The notes under the pieces were generated by a model, which saw only the letters and a program-made list of their open reading frames with translations, was not told the DNA's origin and searched no databases. This document shows positions 1 to 11,387 of a DNA stretch of 64,000 nt, piece after piece (positions within the stretch are counted from its first letter, which is position 1; the number at the start of each line of letters is the position of its first letter). This stretch comes from a virus: IMG/VR virus record IMGVR_UViG_3300004806_000016; one strand, written 5' to 3'. A program made the translations under genes and the position numbers.

Positions 1-111
1 ATGACTGGAATGAATTTTTACGGAACTTATAGAACAAACCAAGATTCCGCTCCAACTTTTAATTATTCACAAGTACCTTTCCAACCACTAAATATAATGC
101 TTGGATACTAA
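1..111 (+). CDS. 3' end of an upstream gene (partial)
   Basis: Frame 1 is open from the window edge to TAA at 109-111. Confidence 0.5.
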   Translation: MTGMNFYGTYRTNQDSAPTFNYSQVPFQPLNIMLGY

Positions 112-123
112 AGGATCAAATAA

Positions 124-3100
124 ATGGCAAGAAAAGTAATTCTCGATAGGTATTATACCTTTACACCTTCAACAAGAACAATCGTAATCCCACGTGCTGT
201 TCCGAAAGAGCGTCTTATCTTAATTACTGACGTAACAACAAACGTCGTAATCTATAACTTTTCTGATCCAAACCTGCTCTCGACCTCGTATACTATTGCG
301 ACCGATTCGAGCGGTAACACTACGACAACAATCGTATTAAACTACAATACTGCTGCTCTATCATCTACCGATAGCTTACAGATTATCATCGATGAATATG
401 ACGAAAAGTTCAGCCCATCTGAGACATATCTTGATCCTGTTAACAAGCTGCGTGTATCTCAGCCACAGTCATTGATCGATACCGATTTTGAATACTCAAC
501 ACAGGCTACAAAGTGGGAGCCACTTGCTCTCCTAAACAATCAGCCATTTGCTTACTATTATCAGACAACACCATTAACGATTACTGATATTCAAGCAACA
601 CAAGGTTCTAGATCATATGTTGCTAATACGAATGCTAACCTTGCTGTTGGTACTCCTATCTCAGTATTAGATACGCTTTATGGTGGTGCTGATGGTACAT
701 ACATTATTGACTCATCTAACGGAACCAATTTTACTTATACTGGAAAATTCTATTATCCAGGTACATCTGGCACCGTATACAGCAATAACGTAACAGCAAT
801 CTATCAGGGCTACCAATATTCATTCGCTCCAATATCTCTTTCTGCTGTATCGAATACTTCAAACGCAATTTCTATCACTACTACTCAGCCTCACAACTTG
901 GCTCTTGGTAATGAGATTGCATTGGTTGGTACCACAGCAACATCTGGTGCTCCAAACGGTTCTTGGGTTGTTAGCACCATTGCAAACAGCACAAACTTTA
1001 TTGTTTATACTAATGCTACTCCAGGTGGCGCTGTAACAACGACTACGGCTCTTGCTGGTAACGTAAGTACAGGTAACGTAATCATCAATACTATTACAAG
1101 TACTGCTAACATTGCTGCTGGTATGATTGCAGCGAATGCTACATATTTTACAGCTGCTCCGCCAACAATTGTTACTGCAGTTATCAATAGTACTGCTGTA
1201 TCAGTATCGCAACCACCATTAGCTTCAGCAACTAACGCTACTATTAACTTTGGCGCAGTAGTTTACCCACGTCCAATGGGTTCTACACTCCATCGCCCAT
1301 TCTCTGGTGGTATTCGTTTTAGTACTAATTCGCCAAGTCATAATCAACAGTATATCCGCCAGACTCGTCGTTATTTCCGCTACCAGTCTGGTAAAGGCAT
1401 TCAGATGTCAACAGGTACGACTCTGAAGCCGAATATGTTTATTGATCAGCTGACATCTTCTGGTAACACAGTAACAGTCTATACAAAAGACCCACATAAT
1501 ATTACCAATGGTGCTACAGTTAACATCGCTAACACAAACGAAACAGGTTATAGTGGTACTTGGACCGTTGCAAACGTAATCAACCCATATGCGTTTACAT
1601 ATGTCTCAAACTCAGCTCCTACAGTAACTACTGCTTCTGGTAACTATAACGCATCTGTTGCTGGTTGGTACGGTGGTTCGACTCGTATCGGTATTTTTGA
1701 TAACATGAACGGTATGTTCTGGGAGTTTGATGGCCAGACTCTGTATGCTGTTCGCCGTAACTCAGTTTATCAACTAGCTGGCTATGTATCTGTAACTCCA
1801 GGAAGTGCGACTGTTACTGCGAATACTTCTCTATCAACTGGCGTATCTACAGCGTTTTCTAAACAGCTAGCTGTTAACGATTTCATCGTTATCAAAGGTA
1901 TGTCGTATCGTGTTACAAATATTCTATCCGATACTACAATGACAATTAGCCCTGCTTATCGTGGGACAGCTTCTTCGCCAAACGCAATTATCACGAGAAC
2001 AGTTGATAACAGAACACCTCAGAGCGCTTTCAATATCGATCGTCTAGATGGTACTGGTCCTTCTGGTTACAACATTGACTTGACTAAGAACCAGATGTTC
2101 TATATTGACTACTCATGGTATGGTGCTGGTTTCATTCGCTTTGGCGTTCGTGGCCCAGACGGTAACGTAATCTACTGCCATAAAGTAATCAACAACAACG
2201 TAAACTATCAGGCTTACATGCGCTCGGGTAACTTGCCTGGACGTTATGAGACCAATACGTTTAGTAAGATTACTAACATTACATCCAGTGTCGCGACTGG
2301 TGATACAACAATTAACGTCGCTAATACTGTTGGCTGGCCAAATACTGGTATTGCATGGATTCGCACCCCAACAACAAGTGAGTTCGTCAACTATACAGCA
2401 AAAACAAATACCAGCTTGACAGTAGCAAGAACTCTCGCTGGCGCGAGTGCTGTTACTACAAGCACTACAAATAACAGTCCTGTTGTTGTAGTTTCTTCTA
2501 ACAGCAACATTCAAGTAGGTCAATATGTTATTGGTACTGGTGTTCCTCCAGCTGCATTCGTTACAAACGTAGTGGGAACTAACGTAACACTGAGTGTCGC
2601 TACAACGAATACTAACGCTTCTGCAGCGCTAACTTTTGCACCTATGGGAGCTACTGCCGCCCAGACGTTCTCATATTCTGCAACAGCTCCTGTCAACGTA
2701 GAACTCCATGCTCCATCTTATGCATCAGAAATTAACCACTGGGGTACTTCTGCTATTATGGACGGTCAGTTTACGGTCGATAAAGCATACGTCTTTACGA
2801 AGGGTATGACAACTTCAACCACTGTTCCTACTGGTAACACATATGCTATTATGAGCTTCCGTATTTCTCCTTCTGCATCACAAAGCCAGCCAGGAAACGC
2901 TCTCGGTGTTCGTGAAATTGTTAACCGCATGCAGTTGATTCCATACGAACTTGATATGGTTACACCTGCTTCGATGCTTGTTAGCGTTTACTTGAACACT
3001 CCGATAAACTTGCTTAACCAGACATGGACAAACGTAGGTGGTTCGAGTCTATCACAGTATGTTTTCCATAATGCTAACACTATCGTAACTGGTGGTGAAG

Positions 3101-3333
3101 CCATCTTTGGTTTCTATCTAAACTCATCAGGTGGTAACAACGTAACAGTGACTCAGCAAGATATGACCTTCATCCGCGATCTTGGTACTTCTATCTTAAG
3201 TGGTGGAACAGCAACTGCTGGTTACGGTATCTACCCAGACGGACCTGATGTATTGACTATTGCTGTTACCAACCTAACAGCTGGTGCTAATACCGTTTCT
3301 GGTCGTTTCTCATGGACAGAAGCTCAGGCTTAA
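124..3333 (+). CDS. Large virion structural / tail-associated protein
   Basis: 1069 aa, Thr/Ser/Asn-rich beta-type composition, SD AAGGA, lies upstream of the neck genes. Confidence 0.65.
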   Translation: MARKVILDRYYTFTPSTRTIVIPRAVPKERLILITDVTTNVVIYNFSDPNLLSTSYTIATDSSGNTTTTIVLNYNTAALSSTDSLQIIIDEYDEKFSPSETYLDPVNKLRVSQPQSLIDTDFEYSTQATKWEPLALLNNQPFAYYYQTTPLTITDIQATQGSRSYVANTNANLAVGTPISVLDTLYGGADGTYIIDSSNGTNFTYTGKFYYPGTSGTVYSNNVTAIYQGYQYSFAPISLSAVSNTSNAISITTTQPHNLALGNEIALVGTTATSGAPNGSWVVSTIANSTNFIVYTNATPGGAVTTTTALAGNVSTGNVIINTITSTANIAAGMIAANATYFTAAPPTIVTAVINSTAVSVSQPPLASATNATINFGAVVYPRPMGSTLHRPFSGGIRFSTNSPSHNQQYIRQTRRYFRYQSGKGIQMSTGTTLKPNMFIDQLTSSGNTVTVYTKDPHNITNGATVNIANTNETGYSGTWTVANVINPYAFTYVSNSAPTVTTASGNYNASVAGWYGGSTRIGIFDNMNGMFWEFDGQTLYAVRRNSVYQLAGYVSVTPGSATVTANTSLSTGVSTAFSKQLAVNDFIVIKGMSYRVTNILSDTTMTISPAYRGTASSPNAIITRTVDNRTPQSAFNIDRLDGTGPSGYNIDLTKNQMFYIDYSWYGAGFIRFGVRGPDGNVIYCHKVINNNVNYQAYMRSGNLPGRYETNTFSKITNITSSVATGDTTINVANTVGWPNTGIAWIRTPTTSEFVNYTAKTNTSLTVARTLAGASAVTTSTTNNSPVVVVSSNSNIQVGQYVIGTGVPPAAFVTNVVGTNVTLSVATTNTNASAALTFAPMGATAAQTFSYSATAPVNVELHAPSYASEINHWGTSAIMDGQFTVDKAYVFTKGMTTSTTVPTGNTYAIMSFRISPSASQSQPGNALGVREIVNRMQLIPYELDMVTPASMLVSVYLNTPINLLNQTWTNVGGSSLSQYVFHNANTIVTGGEAIFGFYLNSSGGNNVTVTQQDMTFIRDLGTSILSGGTATAGYGIYPDGPDVLTIAVTNLTAGANTVSGRFSWTEAQA

Positions 3334-3336
3334 GAA

Positions 3337-4047
3337 ATGGCTGTACTCAATAAAGTTTTTCTCCAGAACGATGGACTACAAGTTGGCAATAACCAGCTTG
3401 TAGTTTCTGGAGGAAACGTATTGGTTGGAAATACTTTAGCTATTGGTAATACAGTAATTGTTCCAAATATATCAGTTAATGGATCAATAGGATCTGCAGG
3501 GCAAGCATTATTAAGTGGTGGATCGACATCGAATGCTTATTGGGGTGTTGCTGGGGTTAATACTGCATCTCAGTATACTTTTACCAACACAATAACTTTC
3601 AACTCTTCTGTGTATTTCGGCGCTGTACCTTCGACTTCATTTTTGGCCAGTGGTGCGCCCATATTGGAGCCAGTAAACGCAAACGGATCTGCTACAACAG
3701 GTACTGTTTCGGTGAACGCATCAAATGGTGGTATCTTATATCTAACCTCAAATTTAACAGGAAGTCTGACTCTCAATTTTATCGGTAATAGCTCTGTTAC
3801 TTTTAATTCTTTGTTGGCGAATGCGCAGAGCATGTCATTTTCTATAATAACAAGTACAGGAGCAACAGGATACACTCCTACATCAATACAGGTCGACGGA
3901 ACTGCAACTGGTGTTACCGTCAAGTATCTTTATGGCGGTTCTTTCGTAGCTGACAGTAATGCTACGCATCTTTACAATTTTATCGTTATAAAAACAGCCG
4001 CAACTCCAACATACACTATTTTGGCTTCTCAAACTAGGTATGCATAA
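3337..4047 (+). CDS. Putative tail-fibre-associated protein
   Basis: Has the NGSxGxAGQxLxSxG..NAYWG motif that also occurs in ORF 5254..8844. Confidence 0.55.
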   Translation: MAVLNKVFLQNDGLQVGNNQLVVSGGNVLVGNTLAIGNTVIVPNISVNGSIGSAGQALLSGGSTSNAYWGVAGVNTASQYTFTNTITFNSSVYFGAVPSTSFLASGAPILEPVNANGSATTGTVSVNASNGGILYLTSNLTGSLTLNFIGNSSVTFNSLLANAQSMSFSIITSTGATGYTPTSIQVDGTATGVTVKYLYGGSFVADSNATHLYNFIVIKTAATPTYTILASQTRYA

Positions 4048-5222
4048 TGCCAATACTAGCTTCCGTTTCAGCATCATCTAAAACAGTCGTACCATCGAAA
4101 CCAACACTAACATTTGATTATCTGCTTGTTGCAGGTGGTGGAATGGGTGGTGTTTCTAACTATTTTAACTACGGAAGCGGTGGTGGTGGAGCAGGTGGTT
4201 ACATATACAATACAGGCGTAACTATACGACCTGGAACAACATTGTCAGTTAATGTTGGTGGCGGTGGTGGTACTGCAGCAACATTAACAACAAGAAATGG
4301 TATAAATTCATATTTTACAGCAACTGGTGCTACAGTTTATGGTACTAATACAGCAGTTGGCGGCGGCGCAGGCGCATCGGTTGTTGGTTCTAGTGGTGGC
4401 GGCAATGGCGGTAATGGTGGCTCTGGTGGTGGCGGTTCATCAAACGGTCAATCATCATTTTCGGGTGGTACTGCAGTATCCGGTCAGGGTTCTAGTGGAG
4501 GAAGTAGTGGTGGTTTTCCTTCCGGTCCAAGAGAATATGGTGGTGGTGGTGGTGGATATCTTGGATCGGGTGGTTCTGCTAACGCTACATATGCTGGTAA
4601 TGGAGGTCCGGGAGATTCGCCTCCAATATGCGGAATCAGTAGATATACTGGCAGTATTTCTGGAACAACTTTAACCGTAACAGCTATATTAAATGGAAAT
4701 ATAACTCTTGGCCAAGTTCTAGTAGGCACAGGTATAACAAACATTACATACGTCACAGCTCAAAATTCTTCAACAGAAGCAAATAGCGCTTTGGGTTTGA
4801 GAGGAACTTATACAGTTACAACTAATACAGCGACAGTAACACAAACAGTTGGGCCTTTGACGATATCAGGCTATCGTTATTTTGCTGGTGGCGGTGGTGG
4901 TACTCCGTATTTTGGTTATGCTGGTGGTTATGCTGGTATTGGTGGTGGTGGAAGAACTGGAACATCTGGCACAAGCGGCGCTCCAGGTATAGATGGTACG
5001 GGAGGAGGATCTGGTGGTAGCGCGACAGCAACAGCAGCTAATGGAGGAACTGGTGTCTTCATATTATCGTATTCAAACAGTTATAATTTTGGTGGCACAT
5101 TAAGTCTTTTCAATCATAATGCTAACACATTTTCTTATACTGGCGGATCAACTGCTAATGCTTTGTATGAATGCACCCATTCAGCAGCCAATACTCAAGT
5201 TGCATACACACTAACCTACTAA
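4047..5222 (+). CDS. Glycine-rich virion protein
   Basis: YLLVAGGG...GGGGAGG pattern; TAATG overlap with the previous gene. Confidence 0.6.
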   Translation: MPILASVSASSKTVVPSKPTLTFDYLLVAGGGMGGVSNYFNYGSGGGGAGGYIYNTGVTIRPGTTLSVNVGGGGGTAATLTTRNGINSYFTATGATVYGTNTAVGGGAGASVVGSSGGGNGGNGGSGGGGSSNGQSSFSGGTAVSGQGSSGGSSGGFPSGPREYGGGGGGYLGSGGSANATYAGNGGPGDSPPICGISRYTGSISGTTLTVTAILNGNITLGQVLVGTGITNITYVTAQNSSTEANSALGLRGTYTVTTNTATVTQTVGPLTISGYRYFAGGGGGTPYFGYAGGYAGIGGGGRTGTSGTSGAPGIDGTGGGSGGSATATAANGGTGVFILSYSNSYNFGGTLSLFNHNANTFSYTGGSTANALYECTHSAANTQVAYTLTY

Positions 5223-5253
5223 ATAGTTAAAACAAACAGGATAGTAGTTACCA

Positions 5254-8200
5254 ATGACAGGATTTTCTCCTAATGTTCCAGATCTATATGACTTAGGAAG
5301 TAATACTGCTGAGTGGGCGAACGTATATTCTAACGCCGCAATTCTAAACCAACTCTATGTTGGTAATAATATAACTGCCAATTCATCAAATCTTACAGTA
5401 AATTCATATGCTCTGTTCAGTCAGAACGTAGAACTATCAAACTCTACGATGATTATTGCGAGCGGTTCTGCTGGTCTTGCTGGTCAGGTCTTAAAGACGG
5501 ACGGAACAAGTATATTATGGGGAACAGTATCCGGAGGCGGTAATAGTAATTTTGACCCATCTCTAAAATATACATTCAGTAATACCATAACATTTGGTAA
5601 TTCAACTGTCAATACAGTAGTCAATTCATCAATAATCAAGATTGGCAATTCTGCTGTAAACGCTTCTATAAATTCTACCGTATTTACTGGTACTGCAAAT
5701 AATGCTCTCTACATTGGGACGCTGTCAGCAGCGAATGTCGTATCTAATGCACAGCTATCTTCTAATCTGGCAAATTATGTAACGACTACCAATCTAACAA
5801 GCAATCTGGGAAACTATCAGACATTAGCAGGTTTGTCTGCTAACGTAGCTCTATTGACGTCAAACAATTCTTTATATCTTGGCGGTAACGCTGCTTCTTC
5901 TTATGCTCTTAAGACTTACGTTGATACTGCAGCCCAAACAGCTTTTACTAATGCTATCAATTATGTCGGTGGTAATTCTGGTCCCGCGACCGCATACGCG
6001 AATGCTATAGCTCAAGCTAATATATACGCAAACAATGCGTATAACAACGCAACATCATATGCAGCAACTATAGCAGCTACAGCGTATAGTAACGCAGCTT
6101 CCTATACCGATTCTAAATCTGGTGTTGCTTTTTCTAATGCTGTTTCTGCAGCCTCTTCAGATGCAACAACAAAAGCTGCGACTGCTTATTCTAATGCTAT
6201 CTCTTTTGCAAATACGATAGCGAACACTGCCTATTCCAACGCCATCGTATTTGCTAACACGATTGCTAATACTGCCTATGCGAATGCTGTAATATTTGCT
6301 AACACAGTCGCAAACGCAGCATATGCTAATGCTGTATCGACTGCCTCTTCCGATGCGTCAACGAAAGCTGCGACTGCCTACTCGAATGCTGTGTCATATA
6401 CCGATACTAAAGCAGGTCAGGCGTATACTAATGCTATCGGTACAGCTCAGATAACAGCTAACAATTTAGCAAGTAATGCCTATGCCAATGCTATATCTTA
6501 TGCAAACGCTGCAGCTTCTAATGCTTATTCTAATGCTGTAATATTCGCAAATAATATTGCCAATACTGCTTTTGCTAATGCTGTTGCCAATTCTAAGAAT
6601 TACACCGATTCGGTCGTGAGTAATGTTAATACAGCTATTACGAGTAATGCTGCTACTGCCTATTCTAATGCTGTTTCTTATGCAGCCACGATAGCAGGAA
6701 CTGCCTATTCTAATGCCATCGCTTATTCTGGTAATGCTGTCCAGGCATATAGCAATGCTGTAGTATATGCGAATTCTATAGCAGCAACTGCCTATTCTAA
6801 CGCTGTATCTGTTGCCGCCTCTGATGCTACGACCAAAGCAGCTACTGCTTATTCTAATGCTATTGCCTATTCTGGTAATGCTGCTCTCGCGTATGCGAAC
6901 GCTGTCGCGAACTCTAGATCATATGTTGATAATAATTATCTTCCGCTTACAGGTGGTACGCTTACTGGCGATTTAATCATAAGCGCGAATCTGTCCGCCA
7001 ACGTAATTACTGCGAATGGTATTAACATTACAAGCGTAAATGCAGCAAGGGTCGGCGGAAATACAGCATCAACATTGAGAAATTATTCGGATACTACTGC
7101 GGCGACTGCCTATTCTAACGCTACCAGTTACACTGATACTTCTATAGGAACAGCGAATACAGCAATGGTTGCTAATGCAGCAACAGCCTATTCTAACGCA
7201 ACAACATATACTGATACAAGAATCGGCACAGTCAATACAGCTATCACCAGCAATGCAGCAACAGCATATTCTAACGCTACCAGTTACACTGATACTAGAA
7301 TTGGTGTAGTCAATACAGCAATTACAAGTAACGCTGCTACTGCTTATTCTAACGCTGTTATATTCGCGAATACAGTTGCTAACGCAGCATATGCCAATGC
7401 TGTCAGTTACACTGATACTAAGATCGGAACAGCAAATACAGCAATGGCTGCTAACGCTGCTACTGCCTACTCAAATGCTGTGTCATATACCGATGGTAAA
7501 ATTGCTACTGCTAATACAGCAATGGCTGCTAATGCTGCTACGGCATATTCAAACGCTACTGGCTATACGGATACCAAGATAGGAACAGCGAATACAGCAA
7601 TGGTTGCCAATGCTGCAGCTGCGTATGCAAATGCTGTTACATTCGCTAATACAGTTGCTAATAATGCCTACGCAAATGCTACTGCATATACAGATGCTTC
7701 TTCTGCTACTGCTTATTCAAATGCTGTAATATTTGCTAACACAGTTGCTAATAGTGCTTATGGGAACGCTGTATATTATGCAGACAATAGATTTGCAACA
7801 ACTAACTCTTCTATCGTCGCTAATGCTGCCACTGCATATAGCAACTCTGTCTCATATACAAATACCAGATTGTCGACAGCTAACTCAGCAATGGTTGCTA
7901 ATGCTGCCACTGCCTACTCGAATGCTACTAGCTATACCGATGGTAAGATTTCTACAGCCAACTCAGCAATGGTTGCTAATGCTGCAACTGCATACTCAAA
8001 TTCTGTAACGTATATTGATACTCGTATTGGCGTTGTCAATACAGCAATCACATCAAATGCTGCTACCGCTTATAGCAATGCAACATCATATGCTGATACT
8101 TCTTCTGCTACTGCTTATTCTAATGCGACGACCTACACTGATACCAGAATTGGTGTCGTAAATACAGCAATAACTTCTAATGCAGCAACAGCTTACAGCA

Positions 8201-8844
8201 ACGCAACGACTTATACTGATACTCGTATTGGGGTTGTCAATACAGCAATCACATCAAATGCTGCTACTGCATACAGTAATGCAACAACATATACGGATAC
8301 AAGAATTGGTGTCGTTAATACAGCAATAACATCAAATGCTGCTACTGCATATTCAAATGCTACCAGCTTTGTAACTTCACAAAACTATACAGTAGCAGGT
8401 AATCTTTATTTTACTGGCACCAATAATTATTTCGGAACTGTTCTTTATATTGCTTCTTCAAATATTATCGCCAACTCGGCAGGTTTATTTGTTGCTAATA
8501 CGACTGGCGTTGTGAATGCTTCTGCTCATAATGTTGGTACTGCATTTACTGCAAACTCAACGCTTGTTAATGCGGCAGCAATAAATATCGTTAACCAAAC
8601 TAACACTGCTACGTTGTATGTTACGACTTCAGCGAATGTTGGTACGAACATTACCGCTAACTCTACTCAGTTAACAGTAACAGCAAACCTATCAGTAAAT
8701 GGTGTAATTTTTGCCAACGGTAGTGCTGGAACAGCGGGTCAATTATTATATACATCTGGTACTGGCGCTAACGCATATTGGGGTTCGCTGCCTCTGACTC
8801 AAGGTCAATTATATGCTGCTGCTGCAGGATTCAATTTAATATAG
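5254..8844 (+). CDS. Long Ala/Asn/Thr-rich repeat fibre protein
   Basis: 1196 aa with dozens of AATAYSNA repeats and a YLPLTGGTLTG fibre motif. Confidence 0.7.
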   Translation: MTGFSPNVPDLYDLGSNTAEWANVYSNAAILNQLYVGNNITANSSNLTVNSYALFSQNVELSNSTMIIASGSAGLAGQVLKTDGTSILWGTVSGGGNSNFDPSLKYTFSNTITFGNSTVNTVVNSSIIKIGNSAVNASINSTVFTGTANNALYIGTLSAANVVSNAQLSSNLANYVTTTNLTSNLGNYQTLAGLSANVALLTSNNSLYLGGNAASSYALKTYVDTAAQTAFTNAINYVGGNSGPATAYANAIAQANIYANNAYNNATSYAATIAATAYSNAASYTDSKSGVAFSNAVSAASSDATTKAATAYSNAISFANTIANTAYSNAIVFANTIANTAYANAVIFANTVANAAYANAVSTASSDASTKAATAYSNAVSYTDTKAGQAYTNAIGTAQITANNLASNAYANAISYANAAASNAYSNAVIFANNIANTAFANAVANSKNYTDSVVSNVNTAITSNAATAYSNAVSYAATIAGTAYSNAIAYSGNAVQAYSNAVVYANSIAATAYSNAVSVAASDATTKAATAYSNAIAYSGNAALAYANAVANSRSYVDNNYLPLTGGTLTGDLIISANLSANVITANGINITSVNAARVGGNTASTLRNYSDTTAATAYSNATSYTDTSIGTANTAMVANAATAYSNATTYTDTRIGTVNTAITSNAATAYSNATSYTDTRIGVVNTAITSNAATAYSNAVIFANTVANAAYANAVSYTDTKIGTANTAMAANAATAYSNAVSYTDGKIATANTAMAANAATAYSNATGYTDTKIGTANTAMVANAAAAYANAVTFANTVANNAYANATAYTDASSATAYSNAVIFANTVANSAYGNAVYYADNRFATTNSSIVANAATAYSNSVSYTNTRLSTANSAMVANAATAYSNATSYTDGKISTANSAMVANAATAYSNSVTYIDTRIGVVNTAITSNAATAYSNATSYADTSSATAYSNATTYTDTRIGVVNTAITSNAATAYSNATTYTDTRIGVVNTAITSNAATAYSNATTYTDTRIGVVNTAITSNAATAYSNATSFVTSQNYTVAGNLYFTGTNNYFGTVLYIASSNIIANSAGLFVANTTGVVNASAHNVGTAFTANSTLVNAAAINIVNQTNTATLYVTTSANVGTNITANSTQLTVTANLSVNGVIFANGSAGTAGQLLYTSGTGANAYWGSLPLTQGQLYAAAAGFNLI
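7093..8370 (+). repeat. Intragenic degenerate tandem repeats (about 26-aa and 15-aa units)
   Basis: Repeated NTAITSNAATAYSNATTYTDTRIGVV-like units; near-identical DNA at about 8038 and 8239. Confidence 0.8.
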
Positions 8845-8854
8845 GAGTTTAACA

Positions 8855-9277
8855 ATGGCAGGAAATCAGGCACCTATCTTTTCAAGAGTAGGTCTCATAG
8901 GTGGTATCGGATCCACTACGCTTACTACAGCTGCAGCTGATTATACTGGCGTAAGCACTAACAATATTTTAATTCTTACTGCAGATTCTACCAATGGTAG
9001 TTTTGTCCAGCGTCTTAGATTTAAAGCAATCGGCACTAACGTCGCATCAGTAGCTCGTATATACATCAACAATGGTAGCGTTAATACTTCAGCCACTAAC
9101 AATGTGTTATTCGGTGAATTATCGCTACCAGCTACGACTGCGGCTACTGCTTCAGCAACTGTTGATCTTGATTATCTTATGAATTTCGCACTACCTCCTG
9201 GATATAAGATTTACGTTGGGCTTGGTACTACTGTTGCTGCTGGTTGGGTTGTGAGTGCTATTGCTGGAGCATATTAA
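8855..9277 (+). CDS. Small structural protein
   Basis: 140 aa, SD AGGAG. Confidence 0.55.
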   Translation: MAGNQAPIFSRVGLIGGIGSTTLTTAAADYTGVSTNNILILTADSTNGSFVQRLRFKAIGTNVASVARIYINNGSVNTSATNNVLFGELSLPATTAATASATVDLDYLMNFALPPGYKIYVGLGTTVAAGWVVSAIAGAY

Positions 9278-10206
9278 TGCTTGAGATGAATGATCTGCCT
9301 ATAGGACAAAAAGGTTCTAATCAGCAGATATTTTATGGCAACTCAACCACTGCTGGTGGCAGTTGGTATGCTTGGCAAAAACCACTAAACGTCAATTACA
9401 TACACATCTTTATGTTAGGTGGAGGTGGTGGTGGCGGAGCAGGTCAGACAAGTGGTTATGGTGGTGGCGGCGGTGGAGCTTCTGGTAGCCAATATAGTTT
9501 CTTGTTTCCCGCTACACATTTACCAGATGAATTGTTTTTTTCGGTTGGTGTTGGTGGCGTTGGTTCTAACCCTGGAATTGCCAGTTATGCATCAGTATTT
9601 CCTGCTACTACCACACAATTTCTTTTAGGTATCGCCAATGGTGGTAATGCTGGTTCTCAGGGAACTAGTGGTGGTACTACTGGTGCGGGTGGTACTACAG
9701 GAGGCGCAAGCACTATAGCTGCAGCTCCTCTAGCTGGGTTGGGGATGTGTTTGACCACATCTGCCGCAGGAAATATTTCTATAGCTGGTCAGGCTGGAGC
9801 AGCAGGTGGTCTTACTGTACCTCTTACTGGATTAGTTGTCACAGGCGGTGCTGGTGGAGGTGCTGGTGCGCCTGCTGTTAATAGTAGTGGTACGATCGGT
9901 TCTAGCATAGGTGGCACCTCGCCAATTTTTTCTCTAATACCTGGAGGTGCTTTCGGTGGCGTTGGTAGTAATCCAGGCGGACAGGGTGGTAATGGATTCC
10001 AGTACTTTTCGAAATTATTATACTTCACAGGTGGAGCAGGTGGCGGTGGTGGTGGAGCGCCAGTCAGTGGTCTGGGCGGAGCTGGCGGAAGAGGTGGTGA
10101 TGGAGCTTATGGTTGCGGCGGTGGCGGAGGTGGTGGTTGTTACAATAGCAGCATTGGCTCTGGGGGCAATGGTGGTTCTGGTTTAGTAATAGTAACATGT
10201 TTTTAA
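9277..10206 (+). CDS. Glycine-rich protein, paralog 1
   Basis: ATG overlaps the previous TAA; WQKP..I.IFMLGGGGGGG motif. Confidence 0.65.
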   Translation: MLEMNDLPIGQKGSNQQIFYGNSTTAGGSWYAWQKPLNVNYIHIFMLGGGGGGGAGQTSGYGGGGGGASGSQYSFLFPATHLPDELFFSVGVGGVGSNPGIASYASVFPATTTQFLLGIANGGNAGSQGTSGGTTGAGGTTGGASTIAAAPLAGLGMCLTTSAAGNISIAGQAGAAGGLTVPLTGLVVTGGAGGGAGAPAVNSSGTIGSSIGGTSPIFSLIPGGAFGGVGSNPGGQGGNGFQYFSKLLYFTGGAGGGGGGAPVSGLGGAGGRGGDGAYGCGGGGGGGCYNSSIGSGGNGGSGLVIVTCF

Positions 10207-10215
10207 GAGATAACA

Positions 10216-11379
10216 ATGCTAGATTTTTTTGATTTACCGACAAACCAAAAAACTAATCAACAAAGATTTTATTGTGGTACCAGCTCAACTTCTTTCAGTG
10301 GCCAAGGAACTATATCTGGCACTACTTTAACTATCAGTTCAGTGCAATCTGGTTCTTTGCAGGTTGGGTCAGTAATATATGGTAATGGTATAATTCCTGC
10401 TACAATTACTAATGGTTCGGGTGGGACTGGGTCTTATACTATATCTGTAAGCCAAACAGTATCAACAGCCACCACAATTACTGCTCCAACACTATACTGG
10501 CAGACATGGCAAAAACCACGTGGCATCAACATGGTTAATATATTCATGCTTGCTGGTGGAGGTGGTGGCGGCTCTGGTCAATACTTATCTTCATCATCCC
10601 CAGGAGGTGGAGGCGGAGGTGGGTCTAGTGCTCAATACAATTTTCTATTTCCAGCATATTGTTTGCCAGACGAACTTTATTTTTATGTTGGGTTTGGTGG
10701 AAGTGGTGGGGATTCTGGTAGCAGTATATCTCCTACTGCTGGTGCGCCTAGTCTTGCATCAATATATCCTTCTGCTATTCCTAATCATCTATTAGGAATT
10801 GTTTCTGGTGGTAATATTACTTTAACACTTGGGGCAGCTAGTGGAGTTCCTGCAGCTGGTGGTCTTGGGGGTTCATCCCACAGTATATCTGCTGCTCCTC
10901 TTGCTGGTTTAGGAATGAATTTATGCACTTCTGCAGCTGGTAACATTACTTTATTTGGGCAAGCTGGTGGCGGTGGTTCAATTTCCGCTGGCCCTGTCAC
11001 GTTACCATCAACAGGATTAGTTGTTACAGGTGGAGCAGCTGGTGGTGCAGGAGGTGGTGGTAAATCAGCTGGTTATGGTATAACTGGGATTAGTCCATTT
11101 TTCCCTTCTATTTCGGGAGGTGGGGTAGGTGGTGGCACCACAGGCGACGCTGGTTATGGTGGAGATGGATGTCAACCTATACCAAAATTTAATTATTTTT
11201 ATGGTGGCTGTGGTGGAGGTGGTAATGGTACTTCTGGTGGTACTTCAGCTGCAAATGCTGGAGTTGGTGGTACTGGTTCTTATGGCTGCGGAGGTGGTGG
11301 AGGCGGTAGTAATTATGGTGGGACGCAAGGCGTTGGCGGCAAAGGCGGCAATGGTCTCATAATTGTAACTAGCTTTTAA
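10216..11379 (+). CDS. Glycine-rich protein, paralog 2
   Basis: [12 protein letters not shown]...WQKPRGINM. Confidence 0.65.
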   Translation: MLDFFDLPTNQKTNQQRFYCGTSSTSFSGQGTISGTTLTISSVQSGSLQVGSVIYGNGIIPATITNGSGGTGSYTISVSQTVSTATTITAPTLYWQTWQKPRGINMVNIFMLAGGGGGGSGQYLSSSSPGGGGGGGSSAQYNFLFPAYCLPDELYFYVGFGGSGGDSGSSISPTAGAPSLASIYPSAIPNHLLGIVSGGNITLTLGAASGVPAAGGLGGSSHSISAAPLAGLGMNLCTSAAGNITLFGQAGGGGSISAGPVTLPSTGLVVTGGAAGGAGGGGKSAGYGITGISPFFPSISGGGVGGGTTGDAGYGGDGCQPIPKFNYFYGGCGGGGNGTSGGTSAANAGVGGTGSYGCGGGGGGSNYGGTQGVGGKGGNGLIIVTSF

Positions 11380-11387
11380 GGAATAAG

